From Octopus sinensis (lineage: Eukaryota), in NCBI RefSeq assembly GCF_006345805.1, contig NC_042997.1, positions 50,964,001-51,028,000 on the forward strand: a stretch of DNA of 64,000 nucleotides, in the 5' to 3' direction. Under the pieces are notes generated by a model that was not told the origin of the DNA, searched no databases, and was given only the letters and a program-made list of their open reading frames with translations. Each line of letters starts with the position of its first letter. Position 1 is the first letter of the stretch. Position numbers and translations under genes: made by a program. Shown here in pieces: positions 48,591 to 61,308 of the stretch.

Positions 48591-49364
48591 TTGACAGAAT
48601 AATGCGAATGCTAATGGGTTAACCCAAGTATAATGCTTATATTTTATACACAGAAATATTTTTAATGATGGTCTAAGGTCCAGCATAATTTCATTATGTT
48701 AGATCTATTCGTCTTCATCACACTCTGTTCCAATCAATCACTCACACCCTTTCTTCTAAAATGTGAGCAGTCATACAGCTCCTATGCAGCAGAAAAGATG
48801 TGTTCTGCTTTGACTCCTTCTCTCATACTTTTATTCCAACTTTTGTCCCACATCTTTTAGCATAAAGTCCCTCTCCTACTCCACCCCCACACAGGTTTAT
48901 AGTCTTATGAGCAAAACGCCCCCTGTCCAATGGACAGTGCTGAGTTGTCAAACATTTAAACCAAATTTTCTCAAAACAACTTGTCCGACCATCCCATAGG
49001 CCTCTCCTTTGAGAAACACTGATTTAACCTAAATTTGAGACAACAGCAAAAGAAGAAATAAAGATAGACATTTTCCTATTGCAAAGAAAAACAATTTCCC
49101 ATGGTTTCATTGATCGTATTCTCACCTGGAATCGATTTTTGTAATTTACATGCCCTGATACCGTCAGTATCTACATATCAAATTTGAGCACAATCGGATG
49201 GAGGATGCCCAAGATCCTAGAAGCCACACACACAGACAGACAGAACAGATTTTATATAAGAGACAAACTTGTACACAACATGAAAGCCTCACTAGTAGTA
49301 GTGGAACAAAAAAAAAGAAAAATGCCCAGTACATGCTGTGAAGTGACTGGCATTATGAAGGTCA

Positions 49365-49592
49365 TTAACCCTTTCATTACCAACCCGGCTGAAACCGGCT
49401 CTGGCTCTGAGTATAAATGTCTTGCTTTCATAAGTTTTGAATTAAAATCTTCCACCAAACCTTAATCACAATCTATGTTCCTAACACTAGCTGAATGATA
49501 ACAAAGCTATTTTACTAAATCTTTTGTTATATTTAAAGTAATTGAAAGAAACACAGAGCATCACAAAATTAATACAGTAATGAAAGGATTAA
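49365..49592 (+). mobile_element. piggyBac-type MITE with TTAA target-site duplication
   Basis: TTAA|CCCTTTCATTAC...GTAATGAAAGGA|TTAA; homologs at 37424, 58122 and 59288. Confidence 0.8.
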
Positions 49593-50211
49593 AATCATGT
49601 CAAAAAAGACACTGGAGTTTGATGCATTCTCTGGGCCCATCAGAGCCTGTCAAATCATCCAACCCATGCCAGCATGGAACATAGGGATTAAAAGATGATG
49701 ATCATCATCATGATGGTTATCAAGTGGTTCATAAGATAATGTTGTGGCTTACAAAATCTAACGGTATATTTCAGTTGAGGTTGAGTTATTTCTGAGAACT
49801 TGTCAAATTGGAATGGTACAAAAATTTACTAAGATTATACACACACAAAACACATACAGAAATTCACAATTGTGGCAAAAAAAAAAGTTGTTTATTATTC
49901 ATCTCCTTATAGCTAATGAGATAGGAATGGCTAAAACCTTAATGAAGCTAAGCCACTACAATCATAATTTCTTCCTGAACAAGCCAACATGAAAGCCTTT
50001 ACATCGGGCATGGACACCCATTTATGAGAAGTGGGCCACACGAGACATGGATCATCAACGGGCAGGTTGCACTACTTAAAACTTTTAAGGTAATTTTTCG
50101 TTAGGAGAGCCATTCATATAATTTCACAGTCCACAATTTGTCCATGTCTCTTCTACATAGTTGCACCACCTGCTGCTAAAAATAGCAGTCAAATGCCCTA
50201 AAAATCAAACC

Positions 50212-50760
50212 TGTGGCTGCGTGGTAAAAAGCTTGCTTTTCAACCACATGGTTCTAGGTTCAGTCCCACTGTGTGGCACCATGGGCAAGTGTCTTCTACT
50301 TTAGCCTTAAGCTGACCAAAGCCATGTGAGTGGATTTGGTACATAGAAATTGGAAAAAGCCTGTCACTGGCCTGAAGAGTAGCCTGTGGTAATATACCTT
50401 GCTTGGATATTTACCACTTCTGAAGTTCCACTCGCTATGAAACACATGTAACCCAGATCTCATCTACTTCATTCCTTAACTCTTGTGTATATATATGTAT
50501 GTATATATGTAGTATGTATGTATGTGTGTATCTTTGTGTCTGTGTTTGTCCCTCCATCACCACATGACAACCGGTGTTGGTGTGTTTACATCCCTATAAC
50601 TTTGCAGTTCAGCAAATAGAAACTAATAGAAGAGGTACTAGGCTGAAGAAATAAATCCTAGGGCCGATTTGCTGAACTAAAAAGAACCCTCCAAGGTGGT
50701 GTTCCAGCATGGCCACACTCAAATGACTGAAACAAGTAAAAGAATAAAAGAATAAAGCAT
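50212..50760 (+). mobile_element. SINE-B with an insert (about 50365-50485) next to its microsatellite
   Basis: SINE-B 5' half 50212-50365, 3' half 50490-50760. Confidence 0.8.
50367..50456 (+). ncRNA. Type I hammerhead-ribozyme-like motif
   Basis: CTGAAGA 50372-50378; stem II GTAGC/GCTAT enclosing a GTGGTAA/TTACCAC hairpin; GAAA 50439-50442; C-ACAT-G then GTA triplet 50448-50450; stem I CTGG/CCAG. Confidence 0.55.
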
Positions 50761-51706
50761 TAAATAATGTAGTCCTAGATACACTACAAATAAAACGAGA
50801 TAGCCATGGTTGGTAAGTCACTGATCATAGATTTCCTGTCAAGGGAGACTCATAGCTAAACAGCAACAAAAATTTTTTCAAGAAAAGTGATAGTGTTCCA
50901 CCAATATTGGAAGATAAAGAGCTCAAATATTTTAAATTCAGAACTGTTATAAATGCAAATTCTAAGATAGATGGGCATTTTTGCTCTCACAGACAATAAA
51001 AAAAAAAATGTAACACCAAATACTATATACAAATTAATTTTATACAACAATGTATATTTAGCTTTATCCTAAAGTAATGTTCTGTTTCTTCTTTCTTCAG
51101 CTAGAATATAAATTTCATATATATATACATAAAATCATTCATCATCATTATAATTATATACACACATATACAGATATATGTACACACACAAACCTATGTA
51201 CGCACAGAAACCTATATACGCACACATACATATATATATATATACATTAGATTCACATACATGTATATAAATACAAAACACATCTATACATGTGTATTTG
51301 TATGTGTATGTATGTATATATACACACACACATACAAACATACATACACAATCAAAAACAGCAATGTTCTTAGTCTAAGCAGTCTTCAGAACATCTATTT
51401 TAGAAGACAAACAAGAAATAGCTTGGAAACAGTAAAGTTACGTAAAAGCATCTTAAAATACAAAGTAAAAATCAGAAATTAAAACAAAACAAATCATTCC
51501 ATTTTGAAATTTTAAAATAAAGATTTAAAGGAAAAATATTTTAAGCCTAAACATAAAATTATACATTCTTCCATAAATAATGTCCTGGAGCATGTTATGT
51601 AATCGTATGCAATCTTGTCTCAATCACATGCTGGGTGATTTGAGAAAAATAAGCAAGATGTTTAGGTTTTCTCACAGGAGTTAAATCCATTGACCAGTAT
51701 TCTACA

Positions 51707-51878
51707 GGGTGCAGGAGTGGCTGTGTGGTAAGTAGCTTGTTTACAAACCACATGGTTCCGGGTTCAGTCCCACTGCGTGGCACCTTGGGCAAGTGTCTTC
51801 TACTATAACCTCGGGCCGACCAAAGCCTTGTGAGTGGGTTTGGTAGACGGAAACTGAAAGAAGCCCGTCGTATGTATG

Positions 51879-51959
<81 letters not shown>

Positions 51960-52180
51960 ATGCGTGTGTGTGTCTGTGTTTGTCCCCCTAGCATTGCTTG
52001 ACAATCGATGCTGGTGTGTTTATGTCCCCATTACTTAGTGGTTCAGCAAAAGAGACCGATAGAATAAGTACTGGGCTTACAAAAGAATAAGTCCCGGGGT
52101 CGAGTTGCCCGATTAAAGGCTGTGCTCCAGCATGGCCGCAGTAAAATGACTGAAACAAGTAAAAGAGAGTAAAAGAGAGA
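51707..52180 (+). mobile_element. Full SINE-B
   Basis: Head, internal (TA)n(TG)n and 3' tail GTAAAAGAGA repeats. Confidence 0.92.
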
Positions 52181-52519
52181 ATACAGATTCAGGGCTCAGA
52201 TTACAAGATTTTCATATTTGGTGCAAAACAAGCACAACATTTTGAAACAGCTGGTTGGCGCTGCTTATTTGATATTGCTGATTCAATGCTGACTTGTTTG
52301 GTTTCAGTTGTTTTTATGGTTCACTCATTCTCTCCATCTACCCCATATTTCTGTCTCTTTGTATGAGAAGTGAGAAAGTGTTTATGCCAATTGTATTTTT
52401 TTTTCTTTATATTTGTGTTCCTCCAGCACCAAAAGCAAGTTGAATGTCCAGCCAGTTGTGTCAAATTACCAGCAATCAAACACCTGCAACCAATCATCTC
52501 ATTTCAGCATTTTCTTTGG

Positions 52520-52770
52520 GCCGTGGCTTAGTGGTTAGGGTGCCGGTATCACGATCGTAAGATTGTGGTTTTGATTCCTGGACTGGGCGACGCATTGTGT
52601 TCTTGAGCAAAACACTTCATTTCACGTTGCTCCAGTCCACTCAGCTGACAAAAATGAGTAACGCTGCGATGGACTGGCGTCCCGTCTAGCTGGGGAACAC
52701 ATACGCCATAGAAACCGGGAAACCGGGCCCATGAGCCAGGCTAGGCTTTAAAAGGGCGCATTTATTTTTA
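52520..52770 (+). mobile_element. SINE-C variant with GCGATGGACTGGCGTCCCGTC (V-domain-like)
   Basis: GTGGCTTAGTGGTTAGGG head; central core shared with 25590-25928. Confidence 0.8.
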
Positions 52771-53214
52771 TATTTTAAATAGCTTAGATACCCCAAAGCT
52801 TTGGAAGTAGACATCAGACTCATATACTATACAAGGGCAATTTGATTCCTTTATATATTTCAGGAAGGAGAGAGAGAGTGCATGTGTAACTGACAGCATA
52901 TATACATATGCATTGGAGATGTAAGTTTAATATAGGAATAAGATCATAGATTTTGCTACTTATTTTATCAACCCTTGAGATGAACAAAAAACAAAATCTG
53001 ACCTTTGCAGGGTTTGAAGTCAAAGCATGATAACATAACTAAATACCACAACACATCTTGTCTGACACTTGACTGAGTTTATTAATCCAGCACACATCAG
53101 CCCATAAAACTCAAAACCATTTGTAGAAAATCTGCCTCAGTGAATTCTGTGCAACGCATGCAAACATGGAAAAGTGGGCATGAAAATAATGGTGTTTAGT
53201 TTGATGCACAGGAT

Positions 53215-53340
53215 TCGTGCTTAGAAAAACTGAAGGATTGCTGTGACAAGTATGTGAATCTGAGAGGGGAACATAATTAACTGAATCCCCCAGTATTTTC
53301 TTTTACCCAAAGCCAGGAACTTTTCAGCTTCCCACTCGTG
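53215..53340 (+). mobile_element. Right end of the second mariner-like family
   Basis: LEKLKDCCDKYVNLRG remnant plus TIR CCCAAAGCCAGGAACTTTTCAGC. Confidence 0.5.
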
Positions 53341-53356
53341 TGTGTGTGTGTATGTG

Positions 53357-53757
53357 TATCATCATCATCATCATCGTTGTTTAGCGTCCGCTTTCCATGC
53401 TGGCATGGGTTGGACGGTGCAACTGGGGTCTGTGAAGTCAGAAGGCTGCACCAGGCCCAGTCTGATCTGGCAATGTTTCTACGGCTGGATGCCCTTCCTA
53501 ATGCTAACCACTCCATGAGTGTAGTGGGTGCTTTTTACGTGCCACAGGCACAGATGCCAGACAAGGCTAGCGAACGGCCACGGTCAGATAATGCTTTTTA
53601 CGTGCCACCAGCACGGAGGCCAGGCGAGGCTGGCAAACGACCACGATCAGATGGTGCTTTTTACGTGCCACCGGCACGGAAGCCAGTCAGGGCGGCACTG
53701 GCAATGGCCACGTTCGGATGGTTCTCTTATGTGCCACCAGCACTGGTATCACAGCTA
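53357..53757 (-). mobile_element. RTE 3'-end fragment
   Basis: (CAT)n and RTE UTR motifs. Confidence 0.9.
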
Positions 53758-54353
53758 CATATAAGTGGGCAAGTGTGTACATGTGTGTGAGTGTTTGTAT
53801 GTATGTATGTTTGTATGTATCAGCTCAGCAATGTTTCTCTCTGCTTCTAACACAACTACTAAATTTCTAATGCAATAATAACTGTATGATCAAAAAGTGA
53901 TAGCCAGCTAACAAGATTCACGCACAACAAACATTGCATATAAAATTTCAATGCTAAAACAAATATTATTAAATCCTATTTCATTTGTCGGTTGACATAA
54001 GCTAGTAAACCGATTCTTCTTTAGACATTCCACCTAATCAGTCCCAATCCTCCAAAACAATTTTCTTTTAAATATTTCCATTAAGCATCTAGTTCCCTTG
54101 GCTAAATGGTTATTATCAGAAGAATTTCATGTCTGCAAACCCATTTATTTCTAATGCAGATGTTATGAGGGAGGAGGGGAGATGGAGGGACATGAGCAAG
54201 ATACAGTTCTCATCTTGTTTATATATTATGAAGTCTTGAGATATTAAGATAAGGAGCTGAGTTATGAAGACATTACTTTATGCATGTACATAAATGTATA
54301 CATACACGTGTGTGTGTTATATGTATATATATATATACACACACACACACATG

Positions 54354-54579
54354 TCATCATCGCATCGTTTAGCGTCCGCTTTCCATGCTAGCATGGGTTG
54401 GACGGTTCAACTGGGATCTGGGAAGCCCGAAAGCTGCACCAGGCCAGTCAGATCTGGCAGTGTTTCTACAGTGCCAGATCTGACTGGCCTGGGGCAGCCT
54501 TCGGGCTTCCCAGACCCTAGTTGAACCGTCCAACCCATGCTAGCATGGAAAGCGGACGCTAAACAACGATGATGATGAT
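54354..54579. repeat. Palindrome of two head-to-head RTE 3' ends (about 105-bp arms, 12-nt loop)
   Basis: 54354-54459 is the reverse complement of 54472-54579 with few mismatches. Confidence 0.9.
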
Positions 54580-54901
54580 ATACATATACTATACATATAT
54601 ATAAAAATACACACACACATATATATATTTAATGTAGGCATTGGTTATGGCCAGTCAGAGACATACCATTGGTTCCACATCTATTATTGCTCTTAGCAAT
54701 CACAGGCAACTTGTCAGACCTGCTGACCAGAACATAACCTCTTTACTAATAGAGGTAAGAATACAGTCTTGGTCAGTAAGATTGTGCAAAGAGTGTGTAT
54801 GTGTCTCTATATATACACACATATACATATATATCCTGGACATAGAGTTATCCAAGGTTTCACAAAGTCAAAGCCTTGTGGACAACTTGTCAGACTCTAT
54901 A

Positions 54902-56197
54902 TACGAGGGGCATTCAATAAGTAATGCCTCTGACCCACTTGCAATTGTTTGATCTAGCTGAAATTTTGCATGTGCAATTATTTATATCTCTATAGATTAA
55001 GTGGTAAATTACAGCTCTGAACTAATTGTGGTTTCTGATGTACAGGTGTTTGAACCGAGTCAAGTGTGAAATGGAGCCTGTTGAGTGTCGGGCAGTGATC
55101 CGCTTTTTATATTTGAAAAGACGCACACCACGGGAGACTTTTGATGAAATGAAAGTAACTTATGGTGATGATGCCCCATCATATAACCTTGTAAAACGCT
55201 AGCATCGTGAATTCAAACATGGTCGGAACTCTGTGGAAACAGCTCCCAGATCTGGTCGCCCCCCTACTGCCATTGATGAGGCATCTGTCCATCAAGTTGA
55301 GGCTGCCATTTTGGAAGATCGACGCATAACTATTCGCCAAATAGCCCATGAGGTCAAGATTAGTACCGGGTCTGTGGAAACCAATCATTCATGACCATTT
55401 GCATATGCAAAAGGTGTCTGCCAGATGGATTCCCAGGTTGCTCACACCTTTCCAGAAGCAAGAACGCGTCGAGTGCTCGAGGATGAATTTGGAGATGTGC
55501 CAAGAAGATGAGTCAAAAATTTTCAAAAGACTGATTACACAGGATGAAACGTGGGTCCATCACTATGATCCAGAGACAAAGCCCAGTCAATGCAGTGGAA
55601 GCACCGTGACTCACCTCCTCCAAAGAAGGTAAGGGTGCAGCCCTCCGCTGGCAAGGTCATGCTCACAGTCTTCTGGGACCAGGACAGAGTAGTGATGACA
55701 GATTTCCTGGCAAAGGGTACCACAATTATAGGAGCCTATTATGCTTCACTTTTGAGGAAATTAAGAGAAGCTATCAAAATCAAGAGGCGGGGCAAGATCA
55801 GCAAAGGCATCCTCCTCCTGCAGGACAACGCTCCGGTCCACAACTCGATGGTCGCCAGATCAGAAGCACAGGCATGCGGCTATGAAATCCTCCCCCATGC
55901 CCCTACTCTCTTGACCTTGCACCCTCGGATTTTCACCTCTTCCCAGCCATGAAGTTGTTTTTGAAAGGAAAGCGTTTCCCAGATAATGCAGCCTTGATTT
56001 CTGAAGTCACGTCGTGGATGGCGGACCAATCTGGGGTCTTCTACAAAAACGGTCTCCAGAGCTGCATCAAACGATGGGAGAAATGTGTAACTCTGGGTGG
56101 TTCCTATGTAGAAAAAGACTAATAACTGTGCCAAGTTTCGTTGCTCTACTGCTATGGGAAGTGGGTCAGGGGCATTACTTATTGAATGCCCCTCGTA
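54902..56197 (+). mobile_element. Complete mariner DNA transposon (1292 bp, 37-bp TIRs, TA target-site duplication)
   Basis: TA|CGAGGGGCATTCAATAAGTAATGCC..TGACCCACTT at 54904-54940 and its inverse at 56159-56195|TA. Confidence 0.97.
55071..56122 (+). pseudogene. Mariner transposase, DD34D, one stop and 3 frameshifts
   Basis: MEPVECRAVIRFL..., WIPRLL, ITQDETWVHHYDPE, QDNA...YSLDLAPSDF (34 aa between the Asp residues after frameshift repair), KRWEKCVTLGGSYVEKD*; TAG at about 55199. Confidence 0.93.
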
Positions 56198-56207
56198 AAA
56201 AGAGAAG

Positions 56208-56373
56208 AATTTTTTAATTTCTACATCGACGTGAGGAAACATTCGGAAAACAAGGAATATGTCTTAACAAAAAATGTTAATGAAATAACCCATCCCCATT
56301 AACATTTTTTATTTTGTTAAGACGTACTTTTCCAAGTGTTTCCTCACATCCGCGACATAGAAATTAAAAAATT
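56208..56373. mobile_element. Imperfect hairpin MITE
   Basis: AATTTTTTAATTTCTA...GTGAGGAAACA...GTCTTAACAA mirrored by TTGTTAAGAC...TGTTTCCTCAC...TAGAAATTAAAAAATT. Confidence 0.75.
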
Positions 56374-56670
56374 TTTGTCCTTTTGTATACATATAGGTCA
56401 TTGCCCAATTATTAATACACAAGTGTTTTTAATTGCAATGCAATAAACTTACTTATTGTATTAAATGGGTGAAGGTAAAGAAATATTTTACCATTAATTT
56501 ATATTGCAAATAAGAAAATGGAGAAGCACATTAGTTGGTTCATCAGCTTTAGGATATTAAAATGTTGGCTTATTTATTTATCAAAACGACCACCATAATA
56601 ACATACATACATGTTGTATATTACTCAATGCATATAAGATAAGAATACAAGTAGTTATTAAAAAACATGA

Positions 56671-56705
<35 letters not shown>

Positions 56706-56800
56706 ACTGCTAAGTTATGGGGACATAAACACACCAACATCGGTTGTCTAGCAATGGTTGAGAGACAAACTAAGACACAGAAATACATACATATAACTAT

Positions 56801-57226
56801 ACTTATAAACAAGGGCAATAGAAAAATTATTTCAATGACAATATGCTGAGAACAGACTTTAAATCGTCAATTTCCTCATTACAAAATACGTTCACTATAG
56901 ATACATGTGAATAGATACACGTGCTGAAATCGACGAAAGCAAGCTAACAGAATTTTTTTTTTTAATGTGTACTCATGACTCTTGCTTGTAAGTATTTCAT
57001 TTATCTCTTATCGTATTTTCTACAGAAGGGGGAAAAATCCATAGAATAAATCCTGAAATTGATTCAATATAGAAATAACAAACTTTTTAATAAAATTCTG
57101 TTAGCTCGCTTTCAGCATGACATGTATCTATAATGAATGTATATTAAAATGTGGACAGTGACGATTTAAAGTCTGTTCTCAGCATATTGGCATTGAAATA
57201 GTTTTCTATTGCCCTTGTTTATAAGT
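56801..57226. mobile_element. MITE with about 150-bp imperfect terminal inverted repeats
   Basis: ACTTATAAACAAGGGCAATAGAAAA...GCTGAGAACAGACTTTAAATCGTCA mirrored at 57160-57226. Confidence 0.85.
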
Positions 57227-57328
57227 TGTTTATAATTTTAACCTTTATAGGTATTTTAATATGCTGCCACTTTTGATGAAATTTTTTCTGAAAAAATTTT
57301 TATCCTATATTAGTAGTAGATTTACATC

Positions 57329-57618
57329 TATCATCATCATCATCATCATCGTTTAGCGTCTGCTTTCCATGCTAGCATGGGTTGGACGGTTCAACTGGGG
57401 TCTGGGAAGCCAGAAGGCTGCACCAGGCCCAGTCTGATCTGGCAATGTTTCTACTGCTGGATGCCCTTCCTAATGCCAACCACTCCATGAGTCTAGTGGG
57501 TGCTTTTTACGTGCCACCGGCACAGGTGCCAGACGTGGCTGGCAAACGGCTACGATGGTGCTTGTGCCACCGGTACGGAGGCCAGGCCAGGCTGGCAAAC
57601 GGCCACGATCGGATGGTG
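57329..57618 (-). mobile_element. RTE 3'-end fragment
   Basis: (CAT)n and RTE UTR motifs. Confidence 0.9.
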
Positions 57619-58121
57619 GGTACAGTTGTGTATATTTGAAAAAGGAAAAAAAGTTCTTTGTTAACTTTTCTGGAGAACTTTGTTGCATTTGTAGGTGGCA
57701 GTTCTTAAACTGATTTTAGGTTGTGTTGTGTGGTGTGATGTCTATATATAAGAGATTTGTGTATGTCTGCTGTGGGGTTGGAGTTTGTTAATAAGTGTGA
57801 GAGTGAAGGGAGTGTTGATGAACCAGTGCTGAAAGAAAATAGTGAATGGTAAAAACAAGACAATTGATTGAGGGTGGAGTTGGGAGGTGGTGGGGTGTTT
57901 AAGGAGTGTTTTATGAAGGGCTTGTGAAAGTGTCCTCCTGTTGGATCCATTCCAATAATTGACCTTTGATGAAAAATGTAAAGATCAGATATTTTTCAAA
58001 ATTCTCTAATGGCTGAATTAACTACCTTAATTTTATAAAAAGAAGGTCCAATAATTTTCTGTTAAAAATGAGTTTAGGTATGTGTCTGGCAGAGGTTGGG
58101 GTGGTAACTGTATTTATTAAC

Positions 58122-58341
58122 TGTGTTACTGTATTTATTTTGAGATGCTCTGTGTTTCTTTCAATTACTTAAAATATAACAAATAATTTAGTAAAATAAC
58201 TTAGTTATCATTCAGCTAGTGTTAAGAACATAAATTGTGACTAAGGTTTGGTGGGAGATTTTAATTCAAAACTTATGAAAACAAAATATTTGTACTTAGA
58301 GCCAGAGCCAGTTTCAGCCAGGTTGGTAACACAAGGGTTAA
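58122..58341 (-). mobile_element. piggyBac-type MITE
   Basis: Reverse complement of 49369-49588; ends GGG|TTAA. Confidence 0.75.
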
Positions 58342-58539
58342 TGAGGTGTAATACCTCAAAAGGGTTAATGAGGTGTCTTTCAGTAAAAAGGAGATGATAG
58401 CAGAGAGAAAAAAAATGTTAGTTTCAGAATGTTTGTTGACAGAAATGCATTTTTTTATATTTATATATTTTGGTTTGGGAGGGGGGTGGGGGGAGCATTA
58501 TCTTGAAAGGTTTTAGTCAAATAAATCAGCCACCAACGT

Positions 58540-58885
58540 TGACTTTGCCTTTCATCCCCTAGGGGTCAATTGAATAAGTACCAGTTACACACTGGGGTTA
58601 ATGTAATCAACTAACCCCCTTCCCTCATAATTTCAGGCCCTGTGCCAAAAATGGAAAAGATTATTATTATGAAAGGTAGTGAGCTAGCAGAATTGTTAAC
58701 ATGCCCAGCAAAACAGCAATATTTCATCTGTCTTTACATACTGAGTTCAAATCTCACCAGGGTTGACTTTGCCTTTCATTCGTTAGGAGATGATTATATA
58801 AGCACCAGTTGAACAAGGTGATTGATGTGATTGACTTATCCCCTCCTCGAAATTGCTGGCCTTGTGCCAAAATTTGAAACCAATA
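58540..58885 (+). mobile_element. Two SINE-A copies
   Basis: SINE-A motifs with (ATT)n tails. Confidence 0.8.
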
Positions 58886-58929
58886 TTATTATTATTACTA
58901 TTATTATTATTATTGATAGAGCAGTGTAT

Positions 58930-59288
58930 ACCATCAAAGTGGCAATGGGGTACAAATACACGAAGCCCAATATACCCATCATGACTACCCATCTGATAAG
59001 GGTACACCAGGCACATGCATCACAACAATGTGCACAAAATGGTGATCTCATATCAAGATAAACACCACATGACCTTGCAGGTGGGACCCAGTTAGAATTT
59101 TCTTCAAGTTGAGTAGCCCATCCTGCTCAAAAGGTCCCTGAATAAGGGTTGTTTAAGGATGATGAACAAAACACCCATGTTTCCAGAGATGAATTATTCA
59201 AACCCCAAAAGAATTCCTCTCAACACATGGCTACGATGCTCCCCCACTACTTCTGCTCATGATCAGAGATGCACATATCATCAGCCAT
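58930..59288 (-). mobile_element. Probable further interspersed repeat (SINE-like)
   Basis: Non-coding, GC-richer block recalled as an octopus repeat; only one copy in the window. Confidence 0.3.
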
Positions 59289-59903
59289 TAACCCTTTCGT
59301 TACCAACCAGGCTGAAACTGGCTCTGTAGTACAAATGTTTTGTTTTCATAAGTTTTAAATTAAAATCTTCCACCAAACCTTAATCACAATTTATCTTCCT
59401 AACACTAGCTGAATGATAACCAAGTAATTTTACTAAATTCTTTTATATATAAAATTATATTTAAAACTAGCAGTATCGCCTGGCGTTGCTCAGGTTTGTA
59501 AGGGAAATAACTATAAAGCATTTTTAGAGAGTTATAGCCAAAAAATAGCAAAAAAATGGAAAAAAATGATGGTAAATTTTTTTTTTAGTTAAAAAAGGTG
59601 GAGTTGCGTCCCCTAGACAGTTTGCGGTTTGTGTTTCTGATTCTCGACCCCATGTCGAATTTATCGATTTTTTTCAGAACTGGGGGAACTTTTCAAAATT
59701 TTCGCTGCGTTAGTTTTGAATTATGACATTGGGCTATGTGTGTGTCAAGTTTCATCAGAATCGGTTGCAAGCCGTGGTCAGGGTGAGGGTACAAGCAAAC
59801 AGACACACAGAAACATGCACAGACAAACTGCCGTTTATATAGAGAGAGATAATTGAAAGAAACACAGAGCATCTCAAAATAAAAACAGTAACGAATGGGT
59901 TAA
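59288..59903 (+). mobile_element. piggyBac-type MITE interrupted by a Helitron/Helentron-like element (59466-59850)
   Basis: TTAA|CCCTTTCGTTAC...GTAACGAATGGG|TTAA; the halves match 49369-49588; the insert starts ACTAGCAGTATCGCC and has no target-site duplication. Confidence 0.85.
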
Positions 59904-60030
59904 GAGACATGCTCAACTGGTTATGGTCAAACAACAGACAAGCAAATGTGTGGTAGTGAGCAGAATATTTGCTGTAGCCTGGATTGACAGAATCATTAAA
60001 GCATCGAGGAAACTTCTTTTCACGAGCATA

Positions 60031-60194
60031 TGGCGCAGGAGTGGCTGTGTGGTAAGTAGCTTGCTAACCAACCACATGGTTCCGGATTCAGTCCCACTTC
60101 GTGGTATCTTGGGCAAGTGTCTTCTGCTATAGCCCCAGGCCGACCAATGCCTTGTGAGTGGATTTGGTAGACGGAAACTGAAAGAAGCCTGTCG

Positions 60195-60247
<53 letters not shown>

Positions 60248-60458
60248 TTGTGTGTCTGTGTTTGTCCCCCTAGCATTGCTTGACAACCAATGCTGGTGTG
60301 CTTACGTCCCCGTCACTTAGCGGTTCGGCAAAAGAGACCGATAGAATAAGTACTAGGCTTACAAAGAATAAGTCCCGGGGTCGATTTGCTCGACTAAAGG
60401 CGGTGCTCCAGTATGGCCGCAGTCAAATGACTGAAACAAGTAAAAGAGTAAAAGAGTA
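60031..60458 (+). mobile_element. Full, young SINE-B
   Basis: Clean head, internal (TA)n(TG)n and tail (GTAAAAGA)n. Confidence 0.93.
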
Positions 60459-61071
60459 ATATGCTTGATCAGGGCCACCACTGCACCAACTACCTCATTT
60501 TATCATGCTGACTTTTATTAAATGACCAAATCAATGCAGACAGCGTACGTTAAAGATAAATCACAATTTAGAAAGATATAATGATTGATGACTATACTGA
60601 AGTCCCAAAGATAAGCTCTACTTTACAGCAAATAAATAAATAAATATAGAAAGAAAAAAATAAGGAAATAAAAAACAATATATATTATTTTTTACAAAAA
60701 GCCTTCAAAAATGTAATCTACTGAGGATTCAATATAACCTATTTGAACTTTCCTTATCAATCAAGTCACTGAGTTTAGCCATAACACGTGTCTGAAGTCA
60801 TTTAGTTGTTGTTATCACTGAGATCTAGGGTTCCAGAATCACCGATTTTATTTATGGAAAAGAGTAAAACTACTTGGTTGAATCTATTAGGGTTTTTATA
60901 TTAAAAACTGGCATTCTTTGAAAGTTAAAAATAAGTAGAAGATTTATAAGAAACCAGAGAAGACAGTTTTCAATTAACAGAGAATTGATTTGTAATCCAA
61001 AGCAACTATGACTAATCCGTTTCCTCAAAAGTTGATGACAATGTACCTAAATGAGAAACTGTCATCATTTA

Positions 61072-61308
61072 TTATTATTATTATTGTTATTATTATCAAC
61101 ATTCATTATTATTATTATTATTATGATCATCATTTATTATTATTATATTATCGTCATCATCATTTATTATTATTATATTATCGTCATCATCATTTATTAT
61201 TATTATTATTATTATCATCATTTATTATTATTATATTATCATCATCATCATCATTTATTATTATAATTATTACTATTATTATTATTACTATTATTATTAT
61301 TATTATTA
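61072..61308. repeat. (ATT)n/(CAT)n microsatellite
   Basis: Read directly. Confidence 0.92.

Noticed and set aside
49975-50100. Open stretch ending in AAG|GTAATT as a possible coding exon
   Set aside because: No convincing acceptor or recognisable peptide, so it cannot be supported from sequence alone.
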